Below, piece by piece: positions 10,628-21,348 of a DNA stretch of 64,000 bases. The position numbers and the translations under genes are program-made. The stretch is from Pelagomonas calceolata. Lineage: Eukaryota. The stretch spans positions 2,356,001 through 2,420,000 of the forward strand of contig CAKKNE010000003.1 of NCBI GenBank assembly GCA_918797485.1. The letters run 5' to 3'. The notes under the pieces are model-generated. The model was not told where the DNA came from. It worked only from the letters and a program-made list of their open reading frames with translations, and did no database searches. Every line of letters starts with the position of its first letter. Within the stretch, counting starts at the first letter, position 1.

Positions 10628-11737
10628 TCAGAAGTAGGCGCGCCGTCCGTCGTGTCGTTTTGTCCTTTGATGTGACAAAGGATCTCCACTGGTGCCCCCG
10701 CCGCGTGGCCCGGGACACGTCTTCGCGGGCGACAGGCTCGTGACCGTCCGCTCGACGAGCGCCGGCGCCGGGCAGGGCGCGAAGACCTGCGGCCCTCGCA
10801 CCTCGAGCATTTTCAGGAGACAAGGCGACGCGAGGACGCCCTTCGGCGCGAGCCATTTGTGTATCTCGTCGTAGTTCTTGACGACGTCCCTCAAATCGTC
10901 GGAGGCGCGCTTCTCGCCGACGGCGGTGCTACTCTTCAGGAACCGCCGCGGCGCGTCAACGCCGAGGAAGCGCGCGACCGTCGCGAGCGTCCCCGCCTCG
11001 TCGAGCTGCATCGACTCGTAGCGCACTTTTAACACGAGTGCGGGGTCCACCTTCCGTCGTTCGTCATAAAGCGCATCGAGCGACCGCAGTTGTGCGATTT
11101 TGTAGCCCAGGGTTCTTGCGAACGTATCGCAGGAGGGCTTTTCCTTCACGAAGGCCTTCGTTCGATTTTTTGAACCATTACTGGCGAAACTCATCTTGAC
11201 GACGTTCGTGCGCGCCCAAAATATCGTCCTGAACTTGACGGTCTGGTGGAAGATGGCGGCGGGGACGCCCCTGGGAAAATCGTAGGGCGGCTCCGAGCGC
11301 ATGGGGCACATCGTGAGGCCGAGCAGTGCGAGTTCGCAGCCGCCGCAGTCGAAATTCTTCGCCCGTGGGGAAAATGCATGCTTGCCGTTGCGCGACGCGA
11401 CCATCTTGTCCGTAGGCCGGACTAACGAAGTCGCCACATGCTCGCGAATTGCGGACGGGTCCACGTTGTTCGAGGTCGTCTTGGTAATCGACTCCTCCTT
11501 CACGTAGCTCCGCGGGAAGCGGTTGAGCAAAGCGGCGAACCAGGTGCTGCCCGAGTGCGGCACTTTCAGCACGACGAGGCGCGTCGTGTTGGCATTCACC
11601 ATGTATGTATCTTTTTTCGACGGCTGGTTGATCCGCGCGGGCTGGGCTCTGCCGAATTTGGGGAGGGTTATGGTGGGCATGAACTTATTTGCCAGCGCTG
11701 TCGCGGCGAAGAGCTGGAATAGCAATTGCGCACGCAT
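10628..11737 (-). CDS. Secreted/Golgi sulfotransferase-like protein
   Basis: Signal peptide; KVPHSGSTWF PAPS-loop-like motif; VRYESM...VARFLG. Confidence 0.65.
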   Translation of the reverse strand: MRAQLLFQLFAATALANKFMPTITLPKFGRAQPARINQPSKKDTYMVNANTTRLVVLKVPHSGSTWFAALLNRFPRSYVKEESITKTTSNNVDPSAIREHVATSLVRPTDKMVASRNGKHAFSPRAKNFDCGGCELALLGLTMCPMRSEPPYDFPRGVPAAIFHQTVKFRTIFWARTNVVKMSFASNGSKNRTKAFVKEKPSCDTFARTLGYKIAQLRSLDALYDERRKVDPALVLKVRYESMQLDEAGTLATVARFLGVDAPRRFLKSSTAVGEKRASDDLRDVVKNYDEIHKWLAPKGVLASPCLLKMLEVRGPQVFAPCPAPALVERTVTSLSPAKTCPGPRGGGTSGDPLSHQRTKRHDGRRAYF

Positions 11738-11942
11738 CGGTATCGATCGAATGAGCAGACGGAGGCGCTGCGGCTGGCGTAGGTAGAGCTAGGCTGCGAC
11801 AAAAAAAGCCTTATTGCTAGTGTCTTACACACGCTAGCTAAGCTTTTTTGGATCGACTCGCTTTTTGATCCAGTCGATTCGAAGCCCCGGTTCGTGTTGA
11901 AATACAAGACTTACGAGTCACAACGACGGAGGCGCCGGGACC

Positions 11943-14117
11943 TCACGCCTCGTAGTTCTCGAGCTCGATGGACGACATGTGGTGGAACACGTGGATCTCG
12001 TCGTCCCCGCCCCCCGGCGGGAAGTCGGGGATCAAGTCGTCGGCGTCGTCGTCGGCCGGGTCGGGCCAGGTGAGGCAGGTCGCGGGCAGCTGGGAGATCC
12101 GCGCGCGGAGCGCGACGCCGAAGGCCCTGAACGTCTGCTGCGCGACGTCGTCGAAGAGGAAGGGCAGCGTGTGGGAAGTCGGCATCACTGCAAACTCGTT
12201 GCAGAACACGTCCATCTCGTCGGCGTGGTCCCGGGCGTGCCTTTCGGCGCGCGTGGCGGCGCCGTCGTCGTCCGTGAACGCGTGCACGACCAGGTCGAAG
12301 ACCTCGAAGCCCTCCCGGACGTCGATGCCGTCGACGAGGTGCTCCTGGATGTTGTCCAGGTCCACGCCGAACCGCTGGAAGTCCTCGCGCAATTTGGCCG
12401 AGAAGCTCTCGACCATTTCCTTCGCCGCTGCGCCCTCGTTGAACATCGTAAAGTAGAGGTTGTTCGCCGCCTTTTGTAGCGGAGTGATTCTTGAGGGACC
12501 CACTTCACCTTGCCCGCCCTCCCTCTCCTTGTGCGCCTTGAGCTCGATGATGCCGAAGTTGTTCGGGTGGCTGCTCGAAATGACCCCCTTCGCCAATCGC
12601 TCGAGAAGTTTGTCGTCGTCCCGCGCCTCCGCGAACTCCCTCAAGCGTTCTACCAAGGCCACTCGCGACGTTGGATAGATGCGCATGTTGGACAATATGG
12701 CTTTCCGCGACTGAAAAGCGAGCGACGCCTTGACGTACCGGCCGAGGCGCTCCACGTAGACAACCGTCGTCACGTGCATGTGACCGCATTCGCCAGACGC
12801 ACCGCTTCGCAACCGCGCGAGAATGGTGTCCTTGCGGTCCTTGGGCCGGACTTTGATCCTCTCGCGTGTCTCAGACTCCGGCACGAACACGTCCGAGAAG
12901 GCGTAAGCGGGGTCTATGCTCTTGTTGAAGGCCTCGGCAGTCTTCGTGTCAAACCCCTCCCAGATCGGAAGCTCACGTTCCTCGATACGGTCGATCCAGG
13001 CGTTGACGCAACCCTCGACGGCCTCGCGGTCTAATAACACGACCTGGCCGTTGTAGAGCAGCGGCACGCCGTAGGCACACTCTATGGCCGCGGCCGTCGC
13101 CTGGTCGTGGCACAGCGCGCCGACCGTCGACAAACAGATGCACGCCTCGGCCTTCCTGCAGATGTCGATGACAGGAGCGCCATCTTCTTCCTCTGCTTGC
13201 TTGGCGAAGTCCGAGCGCAACTTGAAGAGGAAGTCTTCCAGGGACTGGGCCTTGTCGACCCAATGCCTGCGTCCAAATCAACCAGTGAGTCCGGTGATCG
13301 GCATAAATCATCGAAGGCACCGTGAAAATGATTTTGCGCGCGGTCCAGTGCATGCATTCGAGGTCGCGAGCGTGGAAGAAGCAGCCGTCGAGGCCCTGCA
13401 ACGGCTCGATCATCGGCTTGCCTACGTCGACCCAGGCGTCGAAGTCGCGCAGTGATGCCGACGCGTCCTCGACGTGGCCGCCCTCGAGCTTGCTGCCCGT
13501 CTCCTCCCGCGTCTTGCCGCCGTACTTCGCCGTCGCGTCCCGCTTGGCCGCGTCTCTCCTCTGCTTTATCTCCGATCTCCGTTTGCGCTCGGCCTCGCCG
13601 TCGGCCTCCGCCTTCGCCCTCGCCTCGTCGTCGACCGGGCCCCTGCGCGCAAATCAACCAGTGAGTCGGGTGCCACGTCGTCGATTGAAGCAGTAAAATT
13701 TGATTTGCGCGCTGACTCCGGCTGTCTTGTTCTGCTCTCCACCACCCCTTTCATCTCCGAGAAGTCGAAGGTGCGCGGGTTATCGCAGGGCGGGCATTCC
13801 CACTTCCCCTTTATTGACGCTTGTTGGAAACTGCAGTTCGCACCCCCGTCTCGACAGAACCGGCAGTCCGGCTGCTCCGGTTGGTTGGCGCACGTCCACT
13901 GGCACGCCGCGCAGTCGCCGCAGCGCTCGGTGGGCTGAGCCGCCGGCTGCGGCTTCTCGCAGGGCGGGAGGTCCCACTTCCCCCTTTTTGACTGGTGTTG
14001 GAAATAACACCTCCCACCCCCGTTTTGACACATCCAGCAGGCCGTCTGGTCCGGTTGGTCGGCGCACGTCCACTGGCACTTCGCGCAGACGCCGCAGCGC
14101 TCGGTGAGCTCAGCCAT
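11943..14117 (-). CDS. Unknown protein with two tandem Cys8 zinc-finger-like repeats; exons 14117-13723, 13642-13352, 13266-11943
   Basis: Removing two introners gives one continuous frame (…RQ/GPVDD…, …ECM/HWVDK…); N-terminal ERCGxCxxCQWTC..CxxC..C..W..PPC twice. Confidence 0.75.
13267..13351 (-). mobile_element. Introner element, GC-AG intron, 85 nt
   Basis: Left TIR CTGCGTCCAAATCAACCAGTG; TSD GCACTGGA / GCATTGGG on the minus strand; frame restored. Confidence 0.8.
13643..13722 (-). mobile_element. Introner element, GC-AG intron, 80 nt
   Basis: TIR CTGCGCGCAAATCAA / TTGATTTGCGCGCTG; GC donor exactly 8 nt outside the TIR; frame restored. Confidence 0.8.
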
Positions 14118-14844
14118 GAAATAGAGGCTGTTGGGAGTTCGCAAGCGCCTGGAGAAGCGCGGCGCGGCGCCGCGACGCGTCCACGCTCGTCGAGGGGCGC
14201 GCCGCAAGTGCAGCGAGGTGCGGAGACGTCGCGCTGGTACAGCGCGCGGAACGTACAAGGCCACCACCGCCACGGCGAGGCGGAGCAGAGCCCCCAAACT
14301 GGTAGGCTTCTTGTGGGGCAGCATCGTGCAGGCCAAGGGCTGCCGGGAGGCGCCAGGCGTCGCCATCTCGGGCTGCCCAACGCTTGCCTCGTACGCAGCT
14401 CGTCCGCGGCGACGCGCTTGCGCGCACAACAGCTGCTCGCGTGCGGGATGCGCGCACTAGCTCCCGCTTTTCAGAACGATACCGGCCGCGAGGAGAGAAT
14501 TCGAGACCGCGCGCTAGGGATGGGTGGAACGCGGGCAGGAACTTTTTGGCTTCGGATGCGTTTTGGTGCCGGCGGCGGCCTAGCACTACCCCGGAGCGCG
14601 AGTAAGGGACAAACTTTTACACGACGTATCCCGCGCGGAGGTCCTAGCAGCGCGGGCGTGGGGTTTGGGGCGTTGGCGAGGCCAAAAAACCGACGGCACC
14701 GGCGAGACGCCATTGACGCGACGTGCAGCCATCGGCGCGTCGGGGAGTCGTTCGTGGCCACGTGCCCGTGCGTATCTGCGGCGGTTCGAATGATCTAGGT
14801 ATCATGGACGACGTCGGACCCTGGCGCGCGCCGCGGCGTCAAAC

Positions 14845-15111
14845 CCGCTCCGCGGGCGGGTCTCCACCAACAGAACGCTCGAGGCCCACGATCGCGTCCA
14901 TTGCGCGCCGCGTCAACGGCGCCAAGTTCGTCGTCCTAAAAAGTCCTTTCATTCACTCGTAGACGTCGTCAGAGGCGTCTCCCAGCCGCTCCGCGGGCGG
15001 GTCTCCGCCAACATGAACGTGCGAGGCCCGCGGTCGCCTACAGTGCTCGCCACGTCGACGGCGCCTCCCGGAGACCTTTTGTTCACACGTAGACGTCGCC
15101 AAAGGCATCTC
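14845..15111. repeat. Degenerate ~130-140 bp period tandem duplication in a non-coding gap
   Basis: CCGCTCCGCGGGCGGGTCTCCRCCAACA..GAACG..CGAGGCCC at ~14845 and ~14986; CGTAGACGTCGYCARAGGCRTCTC at ~14958 and ~15088. Confidence 0.7.
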
Positions 15112-16498
15112 GCGCCCTGTCCGCCGTCCGACGCTCGAACGGTGCACGAGGCGTCGGTGACAGCCGCAGCACGATTGCCGGGGGTCACCGGCGGTAGAAT
15201 CGACGAAGCCTCGTGTGCAAGGCGTCGACGAGGGCATCACGTAGAGTGTCCACGGACGCCGCAAACAAGTCTAGGGCCGGGTAGCGCTTCGGCGCTGCGA
15301 TCGGCAAAGTAGCGTCTTGACAATCGCGGCGGCGGCGGCTCGGTGCCAGCGGACAGGCGTTCGCGTCCCACGGGCTGCGACTCGCGGCGGTGGAGGGCGA
15401 TCAACGGACCAGATGCGCGGCAGCTGCGGTGCTGCACGTGGGATGCCGCGCCCTTGTAAAATGTGGCGTAGATTGTGTTGCGAGAACGCGTCCAAACGTC
15501 TGACAGCGCGAGGCCTCGGCCACGTCGCGCACTGGCCGCTGTGCTCTCACAAAGGTAGGGAGAGCAAGGAGTAAATACGGCGCGGCGTCACGTCTTGCTC
15601 GGCCTCGCCGCAGCGATGGAAGCACACTGCAGGCCTGCGCGTCCCTACAACGTTTTTATGCGCTGAGACTTGGATGCGGCGCCGCGGGAGCCGTGAAACC
15701 CGACTGCAGCCTAAATCGTCGCGGCGCACAGGCCGCTCGTGCACAGCCTTACACCTAAGGCGTCCGTGCAAAAACTATCACTTGCACCCAAGAGCTGATA
15801 ACCGGTCCTTGCGAGCTGTCGCGAGCCGCTGCCGCCACCGCTCTGCACTGTAGGCTGGCTCAGGTTGAATTCACGGCGACACGCCGGGCCGCGCGCTTTC
15901 ATTGACGGCGTGCGAGAGAGCGCCGTGGTCAGCGCGCACTCCCGCCAATCCAAAATCTTGGTCGCGCGAGGATGCTTCACACTCGACGGCGCGAGAGCCC
16001 GCCGCGACGCTCCAGCGGGCGCCTGCTGTCGGCCCGCCTCCCGCCGCTCAGCGACGAGCTCCGGGCCGACCTCAGGCGACGCATAACGCACTTCGCCAAC
16101 CGCGCGGAAACCGTCGAAGATTTAGTGATGGCGTTGCACCCTGAGCGGGAACCCCCGTTCTACGGAGCCTGCGAGCTGATCGGCGGCTGACCGCCTCGCG
16201 ACGATGGCGAACGACGCGGGTGCGACACGAAGTTTTAGTGAGACGAAGCGCTGCGCGTGTCGGGCTTCTGGAGCGATCGTCGAGGCCGAGTCGATCGACG
16301 ACTGCGGATACCATTCGACTACCGGTCCCGGAGCGCGATTTGCGGCGCCGCACGGCCCGGGCCCCGCGCGTCGATGACCAACATGAGCGGCCCGAACGAC
16401 GCCGAGGGTGTCGAGGGCGCGGCGCGGCGGGGAGCCGTCTCGAGCGCCGCGCGCCGAAGACTGCTACTTTCAAGTAGTAAGTAGTGCAACTTAGAATC

Positions 16499-17438
16499 TC
16501 AGCCGTCGTCGGTCTCGTCGCCCTCCGCGACGCGCGCCTTCTTGGCCGCCGCCGCCGGCTCGTCGTCGTCGTCGTCGTCGCCGTCCTCGGCTCCTTTCTT
16601 GCGCTTCTCCGGCTTGGGCGTCGGCGCGACGCGGGCGCCGTCGACGATGAGCACCTTCAAGCCCGTCACCGTCGTGACGTTCACGCCGCCGTCCGTCGAC
16701 TGGTCGGAAACAGTACCAACAAAGTCGACGATAAAACCGGGAGCTAATAACTTCGCCTCCTTGTTCGTGTCGCTCGTGCGCCACATGACGACGTCCTTGT
16801 CGTCCACGATGAATACATAAATCTCTGTGTGGAAGCGACGGGTGACTCGCAATCTCTGCCTGTAGACAGTCGCGATTCTCTCGAGCGATCCCGGCTGGCG
16901 TTAATTCTATGCACCGGTCCGCGCTCTTGTACTTCGAACCGAACTTGCTCGTTTCCGAGCTCGTTTTCACATACAAGAGTTTCGCATCTTCGAAGACGAC
17001 TCGCTCGCCCGCCTCGCCCCGGTGCGACGACGACGTGTAACTCCCCACGCCCGTCCGCGAGAGGCCCGCAATCAGGGCCTGCCGCCTTTCGGACGACTTG
17101 TCCTTCAACTCCAGCGCCTTCCTATTCTCCCTCCACTTCTTGAGTTCCGCCGCTTTTTGCTTTCTCTCGGCCCTCTTCACGCCGTAGGGGTCGTTGCGGA
17201 AGTCGTCGTCCGACGACTCGCCGTCCTCGTCCACGTACTCTTCCTGGACCTCCTCCTCGTCGGACGACTCTGGCGGCGGCGGCGGCGGCGGTTGCGCGGC
17301 GCCGCGGCGACCCACGCCGACCGCGGCCGGTGCCGCGCGCGGCGCCCCGAGCCCGAGGGCCAGGATGCCCGGCCCGCCGTTGCGGCCCCGCGTCACCTCC
17401 GTGACCACCAGGCGCCGTTTCGGCGGCTCCTCGGCCAT
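16499..17438 (-). CDS. Protein with acidic N-terminus and C-terminal OB-fold-like domain; intron ~16825-16924
   Basis: The ORF from 17438 switches to the frame of ORF 16499-16852 at a TTCCACACAG acceptor; donor tentative. Confidence 0.65.
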
Positions 17439-17979
17439 ATTATCAATTCAGGTCAATTTTTTTTTTCAGTGCTGATTTTTTTTGCTGTCGTGCGTACGCG
17501 CCGACTGAATTCGTGCACGGGCGTCCTCGCGTGTGCGGACAGCGCGCGAGACAAAGGTTTTGCACCTCCCAAGCAAAAGTAAAAGGAGATGGGGATTGAC
17601 CTGAGAAACCCGGTTTTTTTTTTTCCAGTGCCTTGAAAAAAAGCCATCTTGCCTCGACGAAGCATAGGTCAAAGGCGGACTGGTACTCCCCGGAGCCATT
17701 AAGGGGGGAGCTATCTGCGGCTTTGCTCCGTGCCGGTCGTGCAGTATCAGCAAGCTCGACCTCCAGGAGCTCCCGCTACATCCTCGGTGCACCGCTCCCA
17801 ACTGGCGCGAGGCCTCGGCCTCGGGTTCGAGGCGTCGCGGCGCCAGCCAGGGCTTGACGCTAGCGGCCTGTAAGACACTAGAGCAAGCCTTGGCTCGTCC
17901 CCTGGTGTGCCTTGCCGCGCGCGATAGCTGCCCCGCGCTCCGCTTTGCAGCCGTGATCATATATCAGCTCCGTCGGACC

Positions 17980-19266
17980 ATGGGCGTCGACGAGTTTCGA
18001 TGGCTGGTCCACAGATCGATGCAGCAGCACTGCGCCAAGCAATCCAAGACCGAGGTACGCAACCGCATCAACGCGCTGCGCCACCAGACCGACGCCCCAC
18101 CACCAGCGCCCGGTCGCCCCTCAGTCTTCAGCCGGCCGCGCGGAACCGCCGCGCCGCGGCCCGTGGGCCAGGGCGGGCAGCGCCGCCAGATCCTCGTCGC
18201 GGTCGACATGGGGCCCCTCGCCCTCGCGTGGGCGTCGAAGCGGTTCCCAGACGAGTGCATCACGCCGCCGAAACCGTCCCTAGACCAGCAGAAACAGGAG
18301 GCCAAAAACACGACGGACCGCGCATTTAGTTTCTTGATGGACTGCGGCTTCGACGAGCCCATCGCCGTCTTCGACATGAACCTCGCAGCCAACTACTTCA
18401 ACTCGGAGAACGCGACGGGCGGCTTCCGCGACCCTTCGGTGGCCGCGGGGCCGCACGGGCCGGTCCGCTACGCCGTAGGCGACGGCCGGCTGGAGTTCTA
18501 CCAGATCTGCGAATGGCTGTACGGCGAGCTGACGAGCCGCGGGGTCCGGTGCGTGCAGGCCTTGACCTCGAACGCCGACGCGAAGGTCGCGGAACTCGTC
18601 CGCGATGGCTTCCAGGGCCACAAGGTGGCGTGCGCGTACTCGACGGACTGCGACGTGTACGTAAATTCGCCCAAGTCCATCGTCGGCCTCCACTACAAGG
18701 ACGGCCGGAAGGACCAGCGGACGCCCGTCGTCTGCCTCTTCGACCGCGACCAGTGCTTGATGGACCGAGGTATTTTGCCGATTTTGCCTCACGCCGCGGA
18801 CAAGGACGCCGCCCGCGACGTCCTCGCCGTCTTCGCGGCCCTCGGCCGCTTAACGTCGGACCGGGTCAAGAAGCGCAAGTCGCGCCTCGACGCCACCAAC
18901 CCGTGCGTCTTGTATCAGATGATGAGGAACCCAAACAACGCCGGCGCCGCCTGCGGCGCGAACTCGAAGCTCGAGCTCGTCGAGGACTACGTCCTCCCCG
19001 CGCTCGTCCAGATCCGCAAGTGCGGGCCGACACCCGGTCCGGGTGGCAGCTCCGACATCCTCGACATGCTCGACCACCACATGACGACGTCCGACTTCAA
19101 CAACACCTTCGTGGCGGCACATCGCCGCGGCGTCCTGGGCCTGTCGAACGAGGGCCGCGATGGAGCGAACGCCATCCTCGAACGCTACGAGAGACTCACG
19201 GCGACCGAACGCACCGAGCTCCGCGCCTTTCGGGACTGGACGCGCGACAACATCACGATGCTGTAG
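17980..19266 (+). CDS. Divergent XPG/FEN1/EXO1 (PIN-fold) nuclease-like protein
   Basis: MGV start, LVAVD, IAVFD, NADA (for EAEA/EADA) and STDCD (for SxDxD) in the canonical order. Confidence 0.65.
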   Translation: MGVDEFRWLVHRSMQQHCAKQSKTEVRNRINALRHQTDAPPPAPGRPSVFSRPRGTAAPRPVGQGGQRRQILVAVDMGPLALAWASKRFPDECITPPKPSLDQQKQEAKNTTDRAFSFLMDCGFDEPIAVFDMNLAANYFNSENATGGFRDPSVAAGPHGPVRYAVGDGRLEFYQICEWLYGELTSRGVRCVQALTSNADAKVAELVRDGFQGHKVACAYSTDCDVYVNSPKSIVGLHYKDGRKDQRTPVVCLFDRDQCLMDRGILPILPHAADKDAARDVLAVFAALGRLTSDRVKKRKSRLDATNPCVLYQMMRNPNNAGAACGANSKLELVEDYVLPALVQIRKCGPTPGPGGSSDILDMLDHHMTTSDFNNTFVAAHRRGVLGLSNEGRDGANAILERYERLTATERTELRAFRDWTRDNITML

Positions 19267-19384
19267 AGAATTGCAATAACAGTAAGTATGTATGTGCGGT
19301 CGCCGCTGCCGACGTAAAGCGTCCAGGAGCTGAACCAGGCCTGCGTGTCGTCTGCCAAGAAATCCAGGGCTCTGTCTGGCAATC

Positions 19385-19813
19385 ATGTCGAACGGATTCC
19401 GGCGCGGCCCTCTCGATTTCGAGTCTGACGCGGCCGCGAGGCGGGCCGCGCGCGTGGAACGCGACTGGGCCCGGGAATCGGCCGCGAGGCTCCGGGCCCC
19501 GCGCATGATCGACGTGCATGGAATCAAAGAAGAGTTGAATCAGCGGCAGGGGCAGCTCTTGACGGAGATCCAGCAAATTAATGACGTCTTGCACGCCCAC
19601 ATAATGGAGACGGTGGATGGGCTTTCCACGAGAGAACTTCGCGCGCCCGGCGGCGACGGCGACGCGCTCACCGGTGCAAAGCTCCGGAGCATAGAGCTCC
19701 AGCTCAAGGCGGCCGCGCTCCAGGGCGAGTTCAAAGGCCTGGAGGCGGCGCGCGATCTCCTGCACGAGGCGGGCGTCCGCGCCTTGAATGAACGTCTGGC
19801 CCAGAGAGAGTAA
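19385..19813 (+). CDS. Hypothetical coiled-coil protein, 142 aa
   Basis: ATG-started ORF with helical composition. Confidence 0.5.
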   Translation: MSNGFRRGPLDFESDAAARRAARVERDWARESAARLRAPRMIDVHGIKEELNQRQGQLLTEIQQINDVLHAHIMETVDGLSTRELRAPGGDGDALTGAKLRSIELQLKAAALQGEFKGLEAARDLLHEAGVRALNERLAQRE

Positions 19814-20006
19814 AAATTAGTTGGAACGATGCGTAGCAGGGGCCACCCCGGTCATCCATTTGAAGCCCCAAAAGAAGACAAGACAAGATAGGCGAAACGC
19901 CGGAAGTTATATCAGCCTCCGGGAGGGTTCGCGCGGGATAATAAGCCACATTGACAACAGGGCAGGGACAATAAGCTGGCCGCGGCGCGTGTGCGTCGCG
20001 GCGAGA

Positions 20007-20795
20007 TCAGCACGAGAATTCGGCGCAGGCCGCGTCGAAGGCGTCGGCCGCGGCGGCTTTTTGCGCCGCGCGCGCCGCGCGGTGCTCGAGCTTGCGCAGA
20101 TTTCTGGAGCGGCGCTTCTCGTGGCGCGAGCGGCGCACGGCGCGCGCCTTGGCCTCCTCGTCGGACGCGTCGTCGTCCGTCACGACGGCCGCGGCGACGG
20201 GCGCGGGTTTGGCGGGCGCCGCCTTCACGACGTCCGCGTACGCGACGGGCGCCTTGGCCACGTCGTCGACGAGCGCGAGCACGTTCGGGACGACGTCGGC
20301 GAAGAGGCCATCGGTTTCGCCGTCCTCCTCGACGGCGGCCTCCTTGACGAGGCGCGCGGCGTCGGCCGGGAAGACGGTCAAGCTCGAGACGAACGGCGTG
20401 CGCGCCGCGGTGGCGAGGTTGAGGCCCAGGTCGGACCCGTCAAACGCCGTGCGCCAGCTGATGTTGTCGTCGTAGTCGTCCGTGTCGGCCCTCGTGTGCC
20501 ACCAGCGCGACGCGGTGGAGCAGGAAGACGACGTGGAGGACGTGGAGGAGGATGAAACCGAGCTGAAAGAATTCGTGCGCGAGCGCGCCGGCGATCTGGA
20601 GGAGGACAGCTCGGTTAGGGCCGAGGAAACGGAGTCCTCGCTGTCTGACACGTATGAGATCGCGTTCGCGCGGGCCGGCAACGTCTGTGGTGCGGTGTCC
20701 AGCGCACCTGCAGCCATGGAAGCGCGTCTCCTGTTTCTACGCCTCCCACCGCGGCGCGTACGCTTGGGTAGCTTGTGCATTGTTGCAGAATCCAT
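20007..20795 (-). CDS. Hypothetical low-complexity (Ser-rich/basic) protein
   Basis: ORF with GC3-biased codons; the antisense frame is also open. Confidence 0.5.
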   Translation of the reverse strand: MDSATMHKLPKRTRRGGRRRNRRRASMAAGALDTAPQTLPARANAISYVSDSEDSVSSALTELSSSRSPARSRTNSFSSVSSSSTSSTSSSCSTASRWWHTRADTDDYDDNISWRTAFDGSDLGLNLATAARTPFVSSLTVFPADAARLVKEAAVEEDGETDGLFADVVPNVLALVDDVAKAPVAYADVVKAAPAKPAPVAAAVVTDDDASDEEAKARAVRRSRHEKRRSRNLRKLEHRAARAAQKAAAADAFDAACAEFSC

Positions 20796-21348
20796 CAAGG
20801 CGATGGTCAGCTATGTCGCGACGCAGTATTGCAGCTTTTGGATGCTCTGCGTTGGTGCAAGTGACTGAGTTTGCAAATTGGCGGTCCCAGAACCACGCTG
20901 GCGCAGCTGGACGGCGGCGGTCCCACGATAAACCCCCAAGAAGGTTTCTCGGCGGCTCACAGACGTATGCGGGACCGGAAATTGCCCTCCCGAGACCCAA
21001 ATTCGGACGCTTGGGCATAAAACAGGCCCGCGGAGGCAGCCCACTTCAAGTTGGAATCGTGGCGAAGGAGGCGCCAGCAGGCAGCCCGGCGCCAGCCCGA
21101 ACGAGCTCCAGATGGTTAATGGCCCGCCCGGGCCCGTCTTCCGCGTGGAAGCATTCAAAAACCTAGTCCCCATCACGCTTGCGAGAGGCAGAGGCCAATG
21201 CGCAATGGGAGCAATGGGCGCACGCAGCCTATAAAGCGCAGCAACCGCTCGCGCAGCCCAAGCGCATCCTTCGCAGCGGCCGCGGTGCTGCCCCTCGAAG
21301 CGCACCGGCCGAGGCGCACCTTTGCACTCCACAGCACAGCATAGACCA

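Noticed and set aside
12760..12800. Helitron/HUH Rep assignment for the 11943-14117 gene
   Set aside because: Only an HMH triplet; no convincing YxxxY/YxxK motif and no helicase domain
14120..16480. Protein-coding genes in the gap
   Set aside because: The ORFs lack motifs and consistent codon bias; degenerate repeats point to non-coding or decayed DNA
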